The notes: a model not told the origin generated them from the sequence alone. Shown: positions 43,592-54,189, counted from the first letter of the stretch. The stretch is 64,000 nt of DNA from an uncultured Bacteroidia bacterium (GCA_964517435.1 CAZFEC010000004.1:22608-86607); one strand, 5' to 3'. Numbers and translations: made by a program.

Positions 43592-45015
43592 AGCCGCGCG
43601 GCGCGCTGCTGCTGTCAACTCTGCTGCCGGCGGTAGCCGCGGCGGGCCTGCAGGCTTCCTTCGACCTTCTATTGTTCCAGTCCGGTTGCAGCGAACCGGC
43701 TCCGGTCAGAGCTGAAGTCTGCTATCTGATTGATCGCAGTGACATCACCTTCGTCGAAACCGACAGCGGGGCTTTCGGCGCCTACCAGGCCTGGCTGGAA
43801 GTCCTGGCGGCGGACAGCGTGGTCTTCGCTTCCGGCTGGGAACGCTACGATAAGCTCCTGCCGGGTCAAAGCGTCTCTGTATCACAAAAGATCCCCGACC
43901 TGGAAGCGGCGTGCCTGTCGCCCGGCGCATATGAATTGCGCGCAACCGTACAGGACAAGCACTCCGGCGCCCTGGCCCGGGAGGAGTGGCGACTCACCGT
44001 TGACGCGCCCGCCACCGACAGGCCCTGCCTTTCCAGTGTACTGCTGATGGCGCGTCCCCCGCAATCCGCCGCGGCGACCGAGTTCTTCCACCGCTACGGC
44101 CGGCTGATCGTACCCTACGCCGACGCGATCTTCGGGGAGGAACTACCCGAACTGCATTACTACCTGGAAGCGAGTACCGCCGGATGTGATACACTGTGGC
44201 TGGAGGTCAGAGTGCTGGGGCAGGATCGACAGCTGCTCTTCACCGCCGATACGCTGCAGCTGTCCGCCACGGCTTTCCCCCAGCCTCTGACGGGTAAACT
44301 GGCCGTCGACCGGCTTCCATCCGGCAGCTATTATCTTCAGTTGGCCGCATTACCGGCGCAACCGCTGCACTGGCTGATGCCGGACAACGGTGAGCGCAAG
44401 TTTTTTGTCTTTAATCCCGGTGTAACCGGACTGCCGCCGGAATACCTGGCGGCGAGTTCCCTGGACAGCTGGAGCGACTCGGATTCGCTGGACCTGCTGG
44501 AAGTCTTTCAACAGTTGCGTCCTCTCGTCCCTTCGCAGGAGGAACGGCGGTTTCGCCAGCTGAATTGCGATGGGATGCGTTCTTTCCTCAGCAGTTTCTG
44601 GCTGGAACGGGATCCGACGCCCGGCACTCCGATCAATGAAGCCCGGGCGAGTTACAACGTGCGTCTCGAATATGTGACACATTCTTTCCGTACCTCGCTC
44701 CTGGAGGGATGGGAGACCGACATGGGGCGTGTCTACCTTAAATACGGCGCGCCGGATAACCGCGAACGTCACAGTTTTTCCAATACCGGCGAGTTTTCCC
44801 GTAACCCAGACCGGACCGATGGCTTGAGTGGCTTCGGAGAAACCGGAGGTTTCAACCGGCAACTGAGCGGTGAGTATGAACTCTGGTTCTACGATACCCT
44901 CGAGGGCGGTGTCTACTTTGTGTTCGTGGACCGTCACGACCTGGGTGATTTCATCCTGGTGCATTCCACCAAGTCCGGGGAGATACAGAACTATAACTGG
45001 GAGCAGCAGCTTTAG
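43588..45015 (+). CDS. GWxTD domain-containing secreted protein
   Basis: A signal peptide and a 'GWETDMGRVYLKYGAPD' GWxTD motif. ATGA overlap with the smc stop. Confidence 0.65.
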   Translation: MKPRGALLLSTLLPAVAAAGLQASFDLLLFQSGCSEPAPVRAEVCYLIDRSDITFVETDSGAFGAYQAWLEVLAADSVVFASGWERYDKLLPGQSVSVSQKIPDLEAACLSPGAYELRATVQDKHSGALAREEWRLTVDAPATDRPCLSSVLLMARPPQSAAATEFFHRYGRLIVPYADAIFGEELPELHYYLEASTAGCDTLWLEVRVLGQDRQLLFTADTLQLSATAFPQPLTGKLAVDRLPSGSYYLQLAALPAQPLHWLMPDNGERKFFVFNPGVTGLPPEYLAASSLDSWSDSDSLDLLEVFQQLRPLVPSQEERRFRQLNCDGMRSFLSSFWLERDPTPGTPINEARASYNVRLEYVTHSFRTSLLEGWETDMGRVYLKYGAPDNRERHSFSNTGEFSRNPDRTDGLSGFGETGGFNRQLSGEYELWFYDTLEGGVYFVFVDRHDLGDFILVHSTKSGEIQNYNWEQQL

Positions 45016-45037
45016 GGCGCCTGCTACGGAGGTGGCG

Positions 45038-45784
45038 ATGATCGAGCTGGAACTGGTCAACAAGCGTTTCAAGTCGAAAAAAGGGGATGTGCAGGCGCTG
45101 GCGGATTGCAGTCTCCAAGTGCGTCCCGGGCGCGTTTACGGTCTGCTGGGGCCGAACGGCGCTGGCAAGACCACCGCTCTGCGGATCATCGCGACGCTGC
45201 TGCAGCCCAACAGCGGTCGCGTGCTGGTGAACGATGTCGACGCGCGGCGGCACCCCGGACAAGCGCGCCGGCAGGTTGGATTCCTGACGGGTGATACCAA
45301 GCTTTACGACCGGCTGACGCCGCGTGAGACGTTGCGTTATTTCGGACAACTGTACGAAATGGCGCCCGGCACTCTGAACGAACGCATCGCCAGGCTCAGC
45401 GAGCTGTTGCAGATGGACGATTACCTGGACCGGCGTCTGGGGCGTCTCTCCACGGGGCAGAAGCAGAAGCTTTCCATCGCGCGCGCCGTGATACATGATC
45501 CCGCCGTCATCGTACTGGATGAACCCACCTCCGGACTCGATGTGATAGCCTCCCGCAGCGTGGTCGAGTTCATTCTGAACAGCGGCCGGGAGGGCAAAAC
45601 CGTGCTGTTCTCGACGCACATCCTCTCCGAAGCGGAGCGGATCTGCGACGACATCGGGATGATCCATCTCGGGCGCATACTGCGCGAGGATTCGCTGGAA
45701 TCGATCAAGGCGGCGCATCCTGGCGAGACGCTGGAGGAGATCTTCCTCTCGCTCGTCGGCGCCCCCGGGGAGGTATCGGCATGA
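45038..45784 (+). CDS. ABC transporter ATP-binding protein
   Basis: Contains 'GLLGPNGAGKTT', 'LSTGQKQKL' and 'ILDEPTSGLD'. Confidence 0.9.
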   Translation: MIELELVNKRFKSKKGDVQALADCSLQVRPGRVYGLLGPNGAGKTTALRIIATLLQPNSGRVLVNDVDARRHPGQARRQVGFLTGDTKLYDRLTPRETLRYFGQLYEMAPGTLNERIARLSELLQMDDYLDRRLGRLSTGQKQKLSIARAVIHDPAVIVLDEPTSGLDVIASRSVVEFILNSGREGKTVLFSTHILSEAERICDDIGMIHLGRILREDSLESIKAAHPGETLEEIFLSLVGAPGEVSA

Positions 45785-47031
45785 ATCTGCAACACCCGCG
45801 CTGGCAGCCTTACATCAATGCAGGGAGGCTGCTGCAAATCTCCCTTTTCAACCTGTTCCGCAGCGGCGGTCTGCGTCGCGCCGCGGCGCTGACCTACACC
45901 ACGATCCTAACGCTGGTACCGCTGCTGGTGCTGGTGTTCACTCTTTTCAAAATGATGGGCGGCCTGGAAGATGTGCAGAAACAGGTTGAGCCGTATATCT
46001 TCCGTCTGTTGACGCCCGGCACCGGCGAGCAGGTGCGCGGTTTCATCACCGGTATGGTGGAAAGCGCCGCCTCCCGCTCCTACGGGCTGCTGGGAACGCT
46101 GTTCCTCTTCATGATGGGCTACGGCCTGCTTTCGTCGATCGAGAATGAGTTCAACCTGATCTGGGGTGAGCGCAAGAGCCGCCCGCTGACGCAGCGGGTG
46201 GTGGTCTACTGGACCTTGCTGACTCTGACCCCGATTCTGCTGGGAGTGTCGATTTACCTTTCCACAAGGGCGCTGGCGTTGTCCGTGATACAATTGTCTC
46301 CTGAAATGGAAACCAGGTTGAGCATCTTTCTCCCCGGATTCCTGCAGATGCTGGCCTTTTGGCTGCTGTTCTGGATTATGCCCAAAACCAAGGTGCGGCT
46401 GCTGCCGGCGCTCTGGGCGGCACTCGTCACATCGCTGCTCTGGGAGGTGGCCAAATGGGGTTTTGCGGCCTATTCCGCGAGTGTGATACACTACAACCTG
46501 GTGTACGGATCCCTGGCAGTGTTTCCCCTCTTCCTCATCTGGCTGTTTCTGACCTGGATCATCATCATCTTCGGCGCTGAGTTATGTTATGTGATACAGA
46601 ACCGCAAGGTGATCCTGTTCAACTGGGAACGGAAGGGAGAACCGGATCTGCCGCAGCAGTTTGTGGCGGTGGCCGTGATGCAGGCGGTGCTGCAGGCCTT
46701 CACAGAAGGCAACCGCAAGGTTAACCCGGAGTTTCTAGCCCATCATCTGCAAGTGGATACCGGCACCGTGAGTAGAGTACTCCACACCCTCCAGCAGGGG
46801 GGACTGATCCAGTTCATGGACAACGAGCGCAATCCCAGCGTCGTACCGGCCCGGGCGCCTGAACAGATTTCACTACACGACGTGCTGAAGTTGTTTACAC
46901 CGCTGGAGGTTCCTTTTTCCGCCTTCGAAAAATATCCTGCGGCTGCCGGCCTCTTCGAAGCCATCGTCAATTCCTCAACAGGGGTGAGGGAAACCTGGAA
47001 CAACATCAAACTGCATGAGGCTACAGAATGA
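45781..47031 (+). CDS. YihY/BrkB-family inner membrane protein with C-terminal soluble extension
   Basis: Contains 'LTYTTILTLVPLL' and 'SIENEFNLIWG'. 416 aa. Confidence 0.8.
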   Translation: MNLQHPRWQPYINAGRLLQISLFNLFRSGGLRRAAALTYTTILTLVPLLVLVFTLFKMMGGLEDVQKQVEPYIFRLLTPGTGEQVRGFITGMVESAASRSYGLLGTLFLFMMGYGLLSSIENEFNLIWGERKSRPLTQRVVVYWTLLTLTPILLGVSIYLSTRALALSVIQLSPEMETRLSIFLPGFLQMLAFWLLFWIMPKTKVRLLPALWAALVTSLLWEVAKWGFAAYSASVIHYNLVYGSLAVFPLFLIWLFLTWIIIIFGAELCYVIQNRKVILFNWERKGEPDLPQQFVAVAVMQAVLQAFTEGNRKVNPEFLAHHLQVDTGTVSRVLHTLQQGGLIQFMDNERNPSVVPARAPEQISLHDVLKLFTPLEVPFSAFEKYPAAAGLFEAIVNSSTGVRETWNNIKLHEATE

Positions 47032-48251
47032 GCGGCAGTAAAGTCACCGCGATATTTCGGAAGGAACTCAAGGACATGCTGCGGGACCGCCGCACCATGA
47101 TTTCGATGGTGGTTATCCCCGCGCTGGCCATACCACTGCTGATTTTCGTCATCACCAGCTTCAGCATGTCCAAGGTCAAGGAAGCCCGAAGCGCTGAGAA
47201 GACTATTGTTCTCACCGGGCTGGAAGCAGGTTCCGAGCTGTACCAGGCAATCGAGGCCACCGGCGTCAACATCGCCGACAAAGATACGCTGCTGCTCTCA
47301 CCCCGAGCCCTGGTACTGGACAAGCAGTTGGATCTCGCCATCGAGGTCCCCGACGGCTTCGAGGCGGGCGTCGCCGCGTTTTTCAGCGGCGAGCGGGAGG
47401 AGCCTCCAGAGATAAAGCTGCTCTACAATGAGTCACGTCTGGTTTCGGAGATGGCTTTGCGCGAAATACGAAGCGTCCTGGAAACGGACCGCACACAGCG
47501 AACCGGGGCTTTCCTGCTCGAGCGCGATCTGCGGGCGGACATACTCGAACCGTTCCATCTGAACCAGGAAAATGTTATGCCGCCCGAACAGCAGGCAGGC
47601 AACGAACTCGGGCGGATCGTCGCTTACATCGTCATGATCCTGATGCTGACCGGCAGCGCCTACCCGGCCCTCGACCTGACTGTGGGCGAGAAGGAACGTC
47701 AGACGCTGGAAACCCTGCTGGTCACGCCGGCGGGACGCACCGACATCGTGATCGGGAAGTTCCTCACCGTCCTCGTCATTTCCCTGCTGGCGACCCTGAT
47801 CACTATCGTCAGTCTGACCGTAACCATGACGCAGGCGGGGGGCCTCTTCGAGGAGGTCGGTTCATTGTTCAGCTTTCAGATCAGTCCGGTGGTGATCGCG
47901 GCGGTTTTAGCCTTTCTATTGCCGATGGGCATGTTCTTCAGTGCACTGCTGATGACAGTTGGAATTTACGCGCGGACGATGAAAGAGGGGCAGAGCTACG
48001 CGCAACCGCTGTTCATGGTGATGATACTCCCAGCGGCGTTGTCGATGATGCCCGGTATGGAACTGTCGTTGAAGACCGCCTGCATCCCCATCGTCAACGC
48101 TTCACTGGTTATCCGGGAGTTGTTCATGCAGAACTGGACTGTGCTGCCCACTGCCGGCCTGGTGTTTGGAATCAACCTGGTGCTGGCGGCGGTTCTGTTG
48201 ACGGCGGCTTACCGCATGTTTCATCAGGAGGCGGTACTGTTCCGCAGCTGA
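47028..48251 (+). CDS. ABC-2 family transporter permease
   Basis: An N-terminal TM segment is followed by a large periplasmic loop and a 5-TM C-terminal bundle. 407 aa. Confidence 0.65.
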   Translation: MSGSKVTAIFRKELKDMLRDRRTMISMVVIPALAIPLLIFVITSFSMSKVKEARSAEKTIVLTGLEAGSELYQAIEATGVNIADKDTLLLSPRALVLDKQLDLAIEVPDGFEAGVAAFFSGEREEPPEIKLLYNESRLVSEMALREIRSVLETDRTQRTGAFLLERDLRADILEPFHLNQENVMPPEQQAGNELGRIVAYIVMILMLTGSAYPALDLTVGEKERQTLETLLVTPAGRTDIVIGKFLTVLVISLLATLITIVSLTVTMTQAGGLFEEVGSLFSFQISPVVIAAVLAFLLPMGMFFSALLMTVGIYARTMKEGQSYAQPLFMVMILPAALSMMPGMELSLKTACIPIVNASLVIRELFMQNWTVLPTAGLVFGINLVLAAVLLTAAYRMFHQEAVLFRS

Positions 48252-48422
48252 AACGCGGCGCCGCTCCGGCTCGGATTTGAATCGGTTTGCTTCCAGCGGG
48301 TCGATTCGGTAATATAGATTTGTCTTACACCGCTTGTGTCCTCGCGATCGATCCCTGTCGAACCACCGCAGGTTGAAGTCTCCCGGGCGCCGGATGCAGG
48401 AGCGGGTAGCAGCGAGGAGGTC

Positions 48423-48821
48423 ATGTCCCGGAGTTTTCGCAGTGTTATCGAGAATCTGGATCGGATCGAACTGGACCGGATCACCTGTTACGCCTACCAC
48501 GGCTACTTGAGCGAGGAGGCAAAACTGGGCCAACGCTTCGAGATAACGCTGGAGGCCTTCCTGGACCTGAGTTCCGCCGCCGCCTGTGATGAACTGGGCT
48601 CGACGGTCAGCTACCACGAACTGTTCAACGCGGTGTATCACGTCGTGACGGAGACCCGCTTCAAGCTGATTGAAGCGCTGGGCCAGCATATCGCTGAATT
48701 GTTGCTGGAGAAGTTCGATCTGCCCGCGGTGCGTATCAAGATCCGGAAACCCAATCCGCCGATTCCGGAATACTCCGGCAGCGCCACGGTGGAAATCTGC
48801 CGGGTCAACCCCAGGTATTAA
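48423..48821 (+). CDS. folB: 7,8-Dihydroneopterin aldolase
   Basis: Begins 'DRIELDRITCYAYHGYLSEEAKLGQRFEI'. A GAGGAGG SD precedes the ATG at 48423. Confidence 0.85.
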   Translation: MSRSFRSVIENLDRIELDRITCYAYHGYLSEEAKLGQRFEITLEAFLDLSSAAACDELGSTVSYHELFNAVYHVVTETRFKLIEALGQHIAELLLEKFDLPAVRIKIRKPNPPIPEYSGSATVEICRVNPRY

Positions 48822-48857
48822 GGTGGTGTTCATGTATCACAACGAGACAGACTCGCT

Positions 48858-49346
48858 ATGAAGGCATATCTGGGGCTGGGCAGCAATCTGGGGCAGCGAC
48901 TGGAGCAGCTGCAGCGAGCAGTGGAATCGCTGCAGGCGGAAGGTCTGCGCATCTGTCGCAGCTCCTCCGTGTACGAGTCGCCCCCGTGGGGTTACACCGA
49001 ACAACCGTCTTTTCTAAACGCGGTGATTGAGATCGAAAGCGAGCTGGAACCGGCGGCATTGCTGGCGGTCTGCCGCCAGACCGAGCGGGAGCTGGGGCGC
49101 ATTCCACGGCCCCGCTGGCAGGCGCGGGAAATCGATATCGACATTCTCCTGATCGAAGAGCTGGTCGTGCGGGAGCCGGAGCTGACCGTTCCGCATCCGC
49201 ATCTGCACGAACGGGATTTCGCTCTGATTCCGCTGCTGGAAATTGCTCCGGATCTGACCGATCCGACCAACGGCGAGCGGTTGGCTGATTGTCTGCCCGC
49301 CAAGGGGGCCTTAAAGATGTATCACACTGGAAAGCTGGCATGTTGA
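48858..49346 (+). CDS. folK: 2-Amino-4-hydroxy-6-hydroxymethyldihydropteridine pyrophosphokinase
   Basis: Contains 'AYLGLGSNLG…SPPWGY'. Confidence 0.9.
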   Translation: MKAYLGLGSNLGQRLEQLQRAVESLQAEGLRICRSSSVYESPPWGYTEQPSFLNAVIEIESELEPAALLAVCRQTERELGRIPRPRWQAREIDIDILLIEELVVREPELTVPHPHLHERDFALIPLLEIAPDLTDPTNGERLADCLPAKGALKMYHTGKLAC

Positions 49347-49981
49347 AACTACCTGAGGATGTGCGTTACATGGTTGTCGAAGGCGTCATCGGTGCCGGCA
49401 AGACCTCGCTGGCGCGGATTCTGACCGAGCGGTTGGATGCCCGGATCGTGCTGGAGGCGCACGAAGCCAATCCTTTCCTGGAGGACTTCTACAAGGACCC
49501 GGCACGCTACGCGTTTCAGACCCAGCTCAATTTCCTCATCTCCCGCTACCAGCAGCAGATGCAGCTGCCGCAGCAGGATATCTTTCAGCAGTTCATGGTC
49601 TCCGACTACCTCTTCGCCAAGGACAGAATCTTCGCGCGGTTGAACCTGAGCGAGAAGGAGGTTGCGCTTTACGAACAGCTGATGACGATCATGGAGGGGG
49701 AGATCGTCAGGCCGGACCTGGTGATCTATCTGCAATCATCCGTAGACCGGCTTATGCGCAACATCCGGCTGCGGAACCGCTATTACGAACAGGAGATGTC
49801 CGAAGAGTACATCAAGAACCTGTCCAATGCCTACCAGCAGTTCTTCATGAACTACAAGCAGACTCCGCTGCTGATCGTCAATGCCACCCAGCTGGATTTC
49901 GTGCATAAGCAGGAGGATCTGGACGCTCTGCTCGACTTCCTGACTACTCCGGTGCGGGGCACCATGTATTTCAGCAAGTGA
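49340..49981 (+). CDS. Deoxynucleoside kinase
   Basis: A P-loop 'VVEGVIGAGKTSLA' with dNK/dGK family similarity. Confidence 0.85.
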   Translation: MLKLPEDVRYMVVEGVIGAGKTSLARILTERLDARIVLEAHEANPFLEDFYKDPARYAFQTQLNFLISRYQQQMQLPQQDIFQQFMVSDYLFAKDRIFARLNLSEKEVALYEQLMTIMEGEIVRPDLVIYLQSSVDRLMRNIRLRNRYYEQEMSEEYIKNLSNAYQQFFMNYKQTPLLIVNATQLDFVHKQEDLDALLDFLTTPVRGTMYFSK

Positions 49982-50050
49982 GACATTGGATGGAACAATC
50001 AATGCCAGTGTTCTCAGGATTCAAACGGTGTAAACGGACGTGACCGCGAA

Positions 50051-50248
50051 ATGCGCATTCTTCTCCTCCTGGCCGCCGTCGTCATCCTGCTGCTGGTGGG
50101 GTTCCAGCTGCTGGGGCGCCTCTTCACCGGCTGGCTGAACCGGCAGATGCAGCAGCCCGGCGACAGGCGTCCGGAAAAGCCGGAACCTCCCGCTTCCGAT
50201 CTGCCGCCCGGTGATGTCGAGGACGCCGACTTCCAGGATCTGGAATAA
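50051..50248 (+). CDS. Small hypothetical membrane protein (65 aa)
   Basis: An N-terminal TM helix and an acidic Pro-rich tail. Confidence 0.4.
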   Translation: MRILLLLAAVVILLLVGFQLLGRLFTGWLNRQMQQPGDRRPEKPEPPASDLPPGDVEDADFQDLE

Positions 50249-50464
50249 CCCTCTCCCGGGTATGATCCCCGCTGTCTCGTGTTCTGTATCACGGCAATAC
50301 TATAATACCGGTTTCAGACGTACATTATTAGCGATCATCGGCATAGTTGTAACAAGTCCGGATTTCTATTCTATCTTGTTTACAGGACCTTGCTTGCAGG
50401 CAAGACCTTGTGCGAGGACTTGTGAACAAGGCCTGCAGCAGCCCGTTCGGACCAATCGTCCCGG

Positions 50465-51157
50465 ATGGACCGGCGGACGGGTTGCCTGGTGAATAAATGT
50501 GAACTGCTGGAGCCGATCTTGTCCTTCGATTACCAGATTATAGCCGCGCAAATCATCGTACTGCTCTTCGCGATCGTGTTTCACGAGGTCGCGCACGGCT
50601 GGGTGGCTTCACGCCTGGGCGATCAGACCGCCCGGATGCTGGGCCGGCTGACTCTGAATCCGTTGCCGCATATCGATCCCCTGTTTTCGATCGTCATGCC
50701 GATCGTGACCACCCTGACGCTGGGCTTTCCCTTCGGCGGCGCCAAACCGGTTCCGGTGAACCCCTACAATCTGCGACAGCCGCGGCGCGACATGGCGCTG
50801 GTGGCCGCCGCGGGCCCCCTGTCCAATCTGCTGCTGGCCTTTGCCGCCGGGATGCTGTTCCGCGCGCTGTTGCCGTTCCATGTATCACATTTCATCCTGA
50901 TCCTGCTGCAGATGGCGGTGATCATCAACCTGCTGCTGGCCGGATTCAACCTGTTGCCGCTGCCGCCCCTGGACGGTTCCCGGGTTGTGGCTTACTTTCT
51001 GCCACCCCACCTGGAAGCGAAGTGGCGGGCGCTGGACCGGTTCGGTATCATCATCATCCTGCTGATCTTCATGTTCGCCGACTCGCTGGTATTGGGAGTG
51101 GTTTTCGGTTTCATTCGTTTCTTCGCGCGGATTTTCACCGGGATGCCGATCATCTGA
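50465..51157 (+). CDS. Peptidase M50 (site-2 protease)-family membrane metalloprotease
   Basis: Contains 'HEVAHGW' (HExxH) and a 'LNPLPHIDPL' region. The start is uncertain. Confidence 0.8.
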   Translation: MDRRTGCLVNKCELLEPILSFDYQIIAAQIIVLLFAIVFHEVAHGWVASRLGDQTARMLGRLTLNPLPHIDPLFSIVMPIVTTLTLGFPFGGAKPVPVNPYNLRQPRRDMALVAAAGPLSNLLLAFAAGMLFRALLPFHVSHFILILLQMAVIINLLLAGFNLLPLPPLDGSRVVAYFLPPHLEAKWRALDRFGIIIILLIFMFADSLVLGVVFGFIRFFARIFTGMPII

Positions 51158-51417
51158 TGCTGTTCAAACGAAGACCGCGACGGCGGTTTCCCTATCAGCC
51201 CTTTTACTACAAGCCTCCGGAGGAGCAGGAGGAGGACCGGCGCGAACGGATGAAATTCCAGCGCCTGATCGTCCATGAAAAGAGCAACAACCTGGTCATC
51301 CTGCTGGTCCTGCTGGTGTTCATCCTGCTGCTGATCATCTACTTCTATCCGGAGGTGTTCAGCAGCTGGCGTGAGGTGGAGAAATTCCAGCTGGATTCAC
51401 TCAGTATCGTACCATGA
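51157..51417 (+). CDS. Hypothetical small membrane protein (86 aa)
   Basis: ATGA overlap with the upstream stop. A basic Pro-rich N-terminus and a single TM helix. Confidence 0.45.
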   Translation: MLFKRRPRRRFPYQPFYYKPPEEQEEDRRERMKFQRLIVHEKSNNLVILLVLLVFILLLIIYFYPEVFSSWREVEKFQLDSLSIVP

Positions 51418-53276
51418 ACTCAATCGCCGACAGCAACGTGATACAAATTCTCGCCGACAACCTGATCAACAAGATCGCCGCGGGCGAGGTTATTGAACGG
51501 CCGGCCTCCGTGGTCAAGGAGCTGGTCGAGAATGCCCTTGACGCGGGTGCCGACACGATCACCATCGCCGTGGAAGCGGGCGGCAACAACCTGGTGCAGG
51601 TCACCGACAACGGCGGCGGCATGTCCAAACCGGACCTGCTGCTGTCGGTGGAGCGGCACGCCACCTCCAAGATCGGCAGCTACGACGATCTGACCCGCGT
51701 GCGTTCGCTGGGTTTCCGGGGTGAGGCGCTGGCTTCGATCGCTGCCGTGGCGCGACTGGAGATCCGTACGGCGCAGCCGGAAGCTGAACACGGCTATCTC
51801 CTCGAGGTCGAGGACGGCGAAATCAAGCGCGTCGATTCCGCTCCTCCCCTGCGGGGAACACAGGTCGTGATACGCAACCTGTTTTACTCGACGCCGGTGC
51901 GGCGCAAGTTTCTCACCAGCACGAAAAACGAGCTGCGCCGCGTGATACAAATCGCCAGGCACTTCTTCCTCGCCTATCCTGAAGTCGCTTTCCGGTTGAT
52001 CAGCGAGGGTGAGGAACTTTTTAATCTGCCGGCGCAGGACCTGAAAGCCCGCCTGTCTGCAATCTACAACGACGACATCAACCGCAAACTGATGCTGATC
52101 GAGGGAGAGGAGAACGGCATCCGGGTCAGCGGTTTCCTCGGAAAGATGACCACCTTCCGCCGTTCCTACGGCGAGCAGTTCCTGTTTGTCAACCGGCGTT
52201 TTATCAGCAATCGGGTCATCAATCACGCGGTGTTCTCGGCGTACGGCAATATGCTCGAACGCGGGCAGGTGCCTTTCTTCCTGCTCAACCTCGAACTCGA
52301 CCCGGAGCGCATTGATGTCAACGTGCACCCCACCAAGCGGGAGATCAAATTCGAGAACGAATCGCTGATCCACCAGCTGGTGAACCGCCTGGCGCAGGAC
52401 GCGCTGAGGCAGGGTGCCGCCAACGAGCTGGAGCTTTCCTCGGGCGACAGGGTCCGGTTAGGGCGGGGCGCCAATGAGTTCGAATTGCCGGCCGGCGACC
52501 GGCCTCAACACGATCGGCGGAGCGGCGCGTATCCCGCCGGTGCGGGGAGCGGAGCGGGCGCACGTGCCGCCGGCACCCAGCGGGTAACGCCGCAACAATT
52601 CGAGCTGCAGGGGGAGATGTTCGGCGCGCAAACCGATTCAGCTGCAGAGGGTGACGATGTTGCCGGCGCCCCCGTGTCTACACCCTTGCCGACCGGGGCG
52701 GGGGAGACCGGGCAGCCACAGATGTGGCAGATCCATCGCAAGTATATCCTGGCCGAGGTGCAGAGCGGCCTGATCATCGTCGACCAGCATGTGGCACACG
52801 AGCGCATTCTGTACGAACAGGCTTTGGCGACCTTTCAGGGGCAGCGCTGCAGCGGTCAGCGGGTGCTCTTCCCGGTCAAATTCAGCCTGTTGCCGGATGA
52901 GGAAATCGCCTTCGAGGAGCTGGCCGGCATGTTGACCGGACTCGGATATTCCTTTGTTAAAATGGGTGAAGCGACCTGGGTGATAGAGGAGGTGCCGGCC
53001 GATCTGAAGCAGGAGTCGGAGGAGCGGTTGATCCGCGATATCATCGCGCAATACGGCGATTACCGCGATGCCGCGGAGGAGCTGCGGGAGGCGATGGCGG
53101 CGACCTTCGCCTGTAAAGCCGCTATCAAAGCGGGCGAACCGCTTACCCAGGCCGAGATGCGCTACCTGATCGACAGCCTGTTCGCCTGCCGCTATCCCTA
53201 TGCCTGCCCGCATGGACGCCCGGTAGTGATGAACCTGACCCTGGCTGAACTGGACAAGCGATTTGGACGCACCTAA
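51414..53276 (+). CDS. mutL: DNA mismatch repair protein MutL
   Basis: A GHKL ATPase N-terminus 'KELVENALDAGA'. A C-terminal dimerisation domain is present. Confidence 0.95.
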   Translation: MNSIADSNVIQILADNLINKIAAGEVIERPASVVKELVENALDAGADTITIAVEAGGNNLVQVTDNGGGMSKPDLLLSVERHATSKIGSYDDLTRVRSLGFRGEALASIAAVARLEIRTAQPEAEHGYLLEVEDGEIKRVDSAPPLRGTQVVIRNLFYSTPVRRKFLTSTKNELRRVIQIARHFFLAYPEVAFRLISEGEELFNLPAQDLKARLSAIYNDDINRKLMLIEGEENGIRVSGFLGKMTTFRRSYGEQFLFVNRRFISNRVINHAVFSAYGNMLERGQVPFFLLNLELDPERIDVNVHPTKREIKFENESLIHQLVNRLAQDALRQGAANELELSSGDRVRLGRGANEFELPAGDRPQHDRRSGAYPAGAGSGAGARAAGTQRVTPQQFELQGEMFGAQTDSAAEGDDVAGAPVSTPLPTGAGETGQPQMWQIHRKYILAEVQSGLIIVDQHVAHERILYEQALATFQGQRCSGQRVLFPVKFSLLPDEEIAFEELAGMLTGLGYSFVKMGEATWVIEEVPADLKQESEERLIRDIIAQYGDYRDAAEELREAMAATFACKAAIKAGEPLTQAEMRYLIDSLFACRYPYACPHGRPVVMNLTLAELDKRFGRT

Positions 53277-54189
53277 GCCGCACTGCCTGATCCTTACCGG
53301 TCCCACCGGTGTGGGCAAGAGCGCTCTCGCGCTGCTGCTGGCCGAGGAGCTGAACGGCGAAATCGTTTCCGCCGATTCCCGCCAGGTATACCGCGGTTTT
53401 GATATCGGTACCGCTAAACCCACCCCGGCCGAGCTGGCCCGGATTCCCCACCACCAGATCGACACCCGCGATCCCGCCGAGGATTACAGCGCCGGTGAGT
53501 GGGCGCGTGATACAATTCCGATCGTACAGGCGATCCAGGACCGCGGCCGGCTGCCTTTGATCGTCGGCGGCTCAGGCTTCTACCTGGAAGCGTTGATCCA
53601 TCCGTTTTATACGATGAGCCCACAGCCGGGGGAACAGCGGGAAGCCCTCCTCCGGCAGTACACCGATCTGACCAACGAGCAGCTGCACGAGGAGCTGGAA
53701 CGCGTCGACCCCGATTCCGCCGCCGCCATCGCGGTGAACGATCGCCGCAAGCTGCTGCGCTACCTGGAGATCAGCAGCCTGGAAGGCGCTCCTCCCTCCG
53801 AGGTGTTTCAGCGTCCGGCGCTGCCGGCTGCCGTCACCTACACGCTGTTCGTGATACACACAGAGCGCGAGCTGCTCTACCGGCGCATCAACAGCCGCGT
53901 GGAAGAGATGATCGCCCGGGGGCTGGTGGATGAAGTCCGCAACCTGCTGGCAAGCGGCAGCCGTCCGGAGGACAACGCGATGCTGAGCGTCGGCTATCGC
54001 GAGATTGTATCACATCTTCAGGGGGAATCCACCCTGGCGGAGGCGGTCGCGGCGATTCAGAAAAACACCCGGAACTACGCCAAGCGCCAGCTGACCTGGT
54101 TCAAACGCTGGTCCGACGCCAGGTGGCTGGACTGCCCGGCCGAGACCACCATGGCGGAACTGGCCGCTCACCTGCGGAGGCAGTTTTGA
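53263..54189 (+). CDS. miaA: tRNA dimethylallyltransferase
   Basis: Contains 'ILTGPTGVGKSALAL'. Confidence 0.95.
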   Translation: MDAPKPHCLILTGPTGVGKSALALLLAEELNGEIVSADSRQVYRGFDIGTAKPTPAELARIPHHQIDTRDPAEDYSAGEWARDTIPIVQAIQDRGRLPLIVGGSGFYLEALIHPFYTMSPQPGEQREALLRQYTDLTNEQLHEELERVDPDSAAAIAVNDRRKLLRYLEISSLEGAPPSEVFQRPALPAAVTYTLFVIHTERELLYRRINSRVEEMIARGLVDEVRNLLASGSRPEDNAMLSVGYREIVSHLQGESTLAEAVAAIQKNTRNYAKRQLTWFKRWSDARWLDCPAETTMAELAAHLRRQF

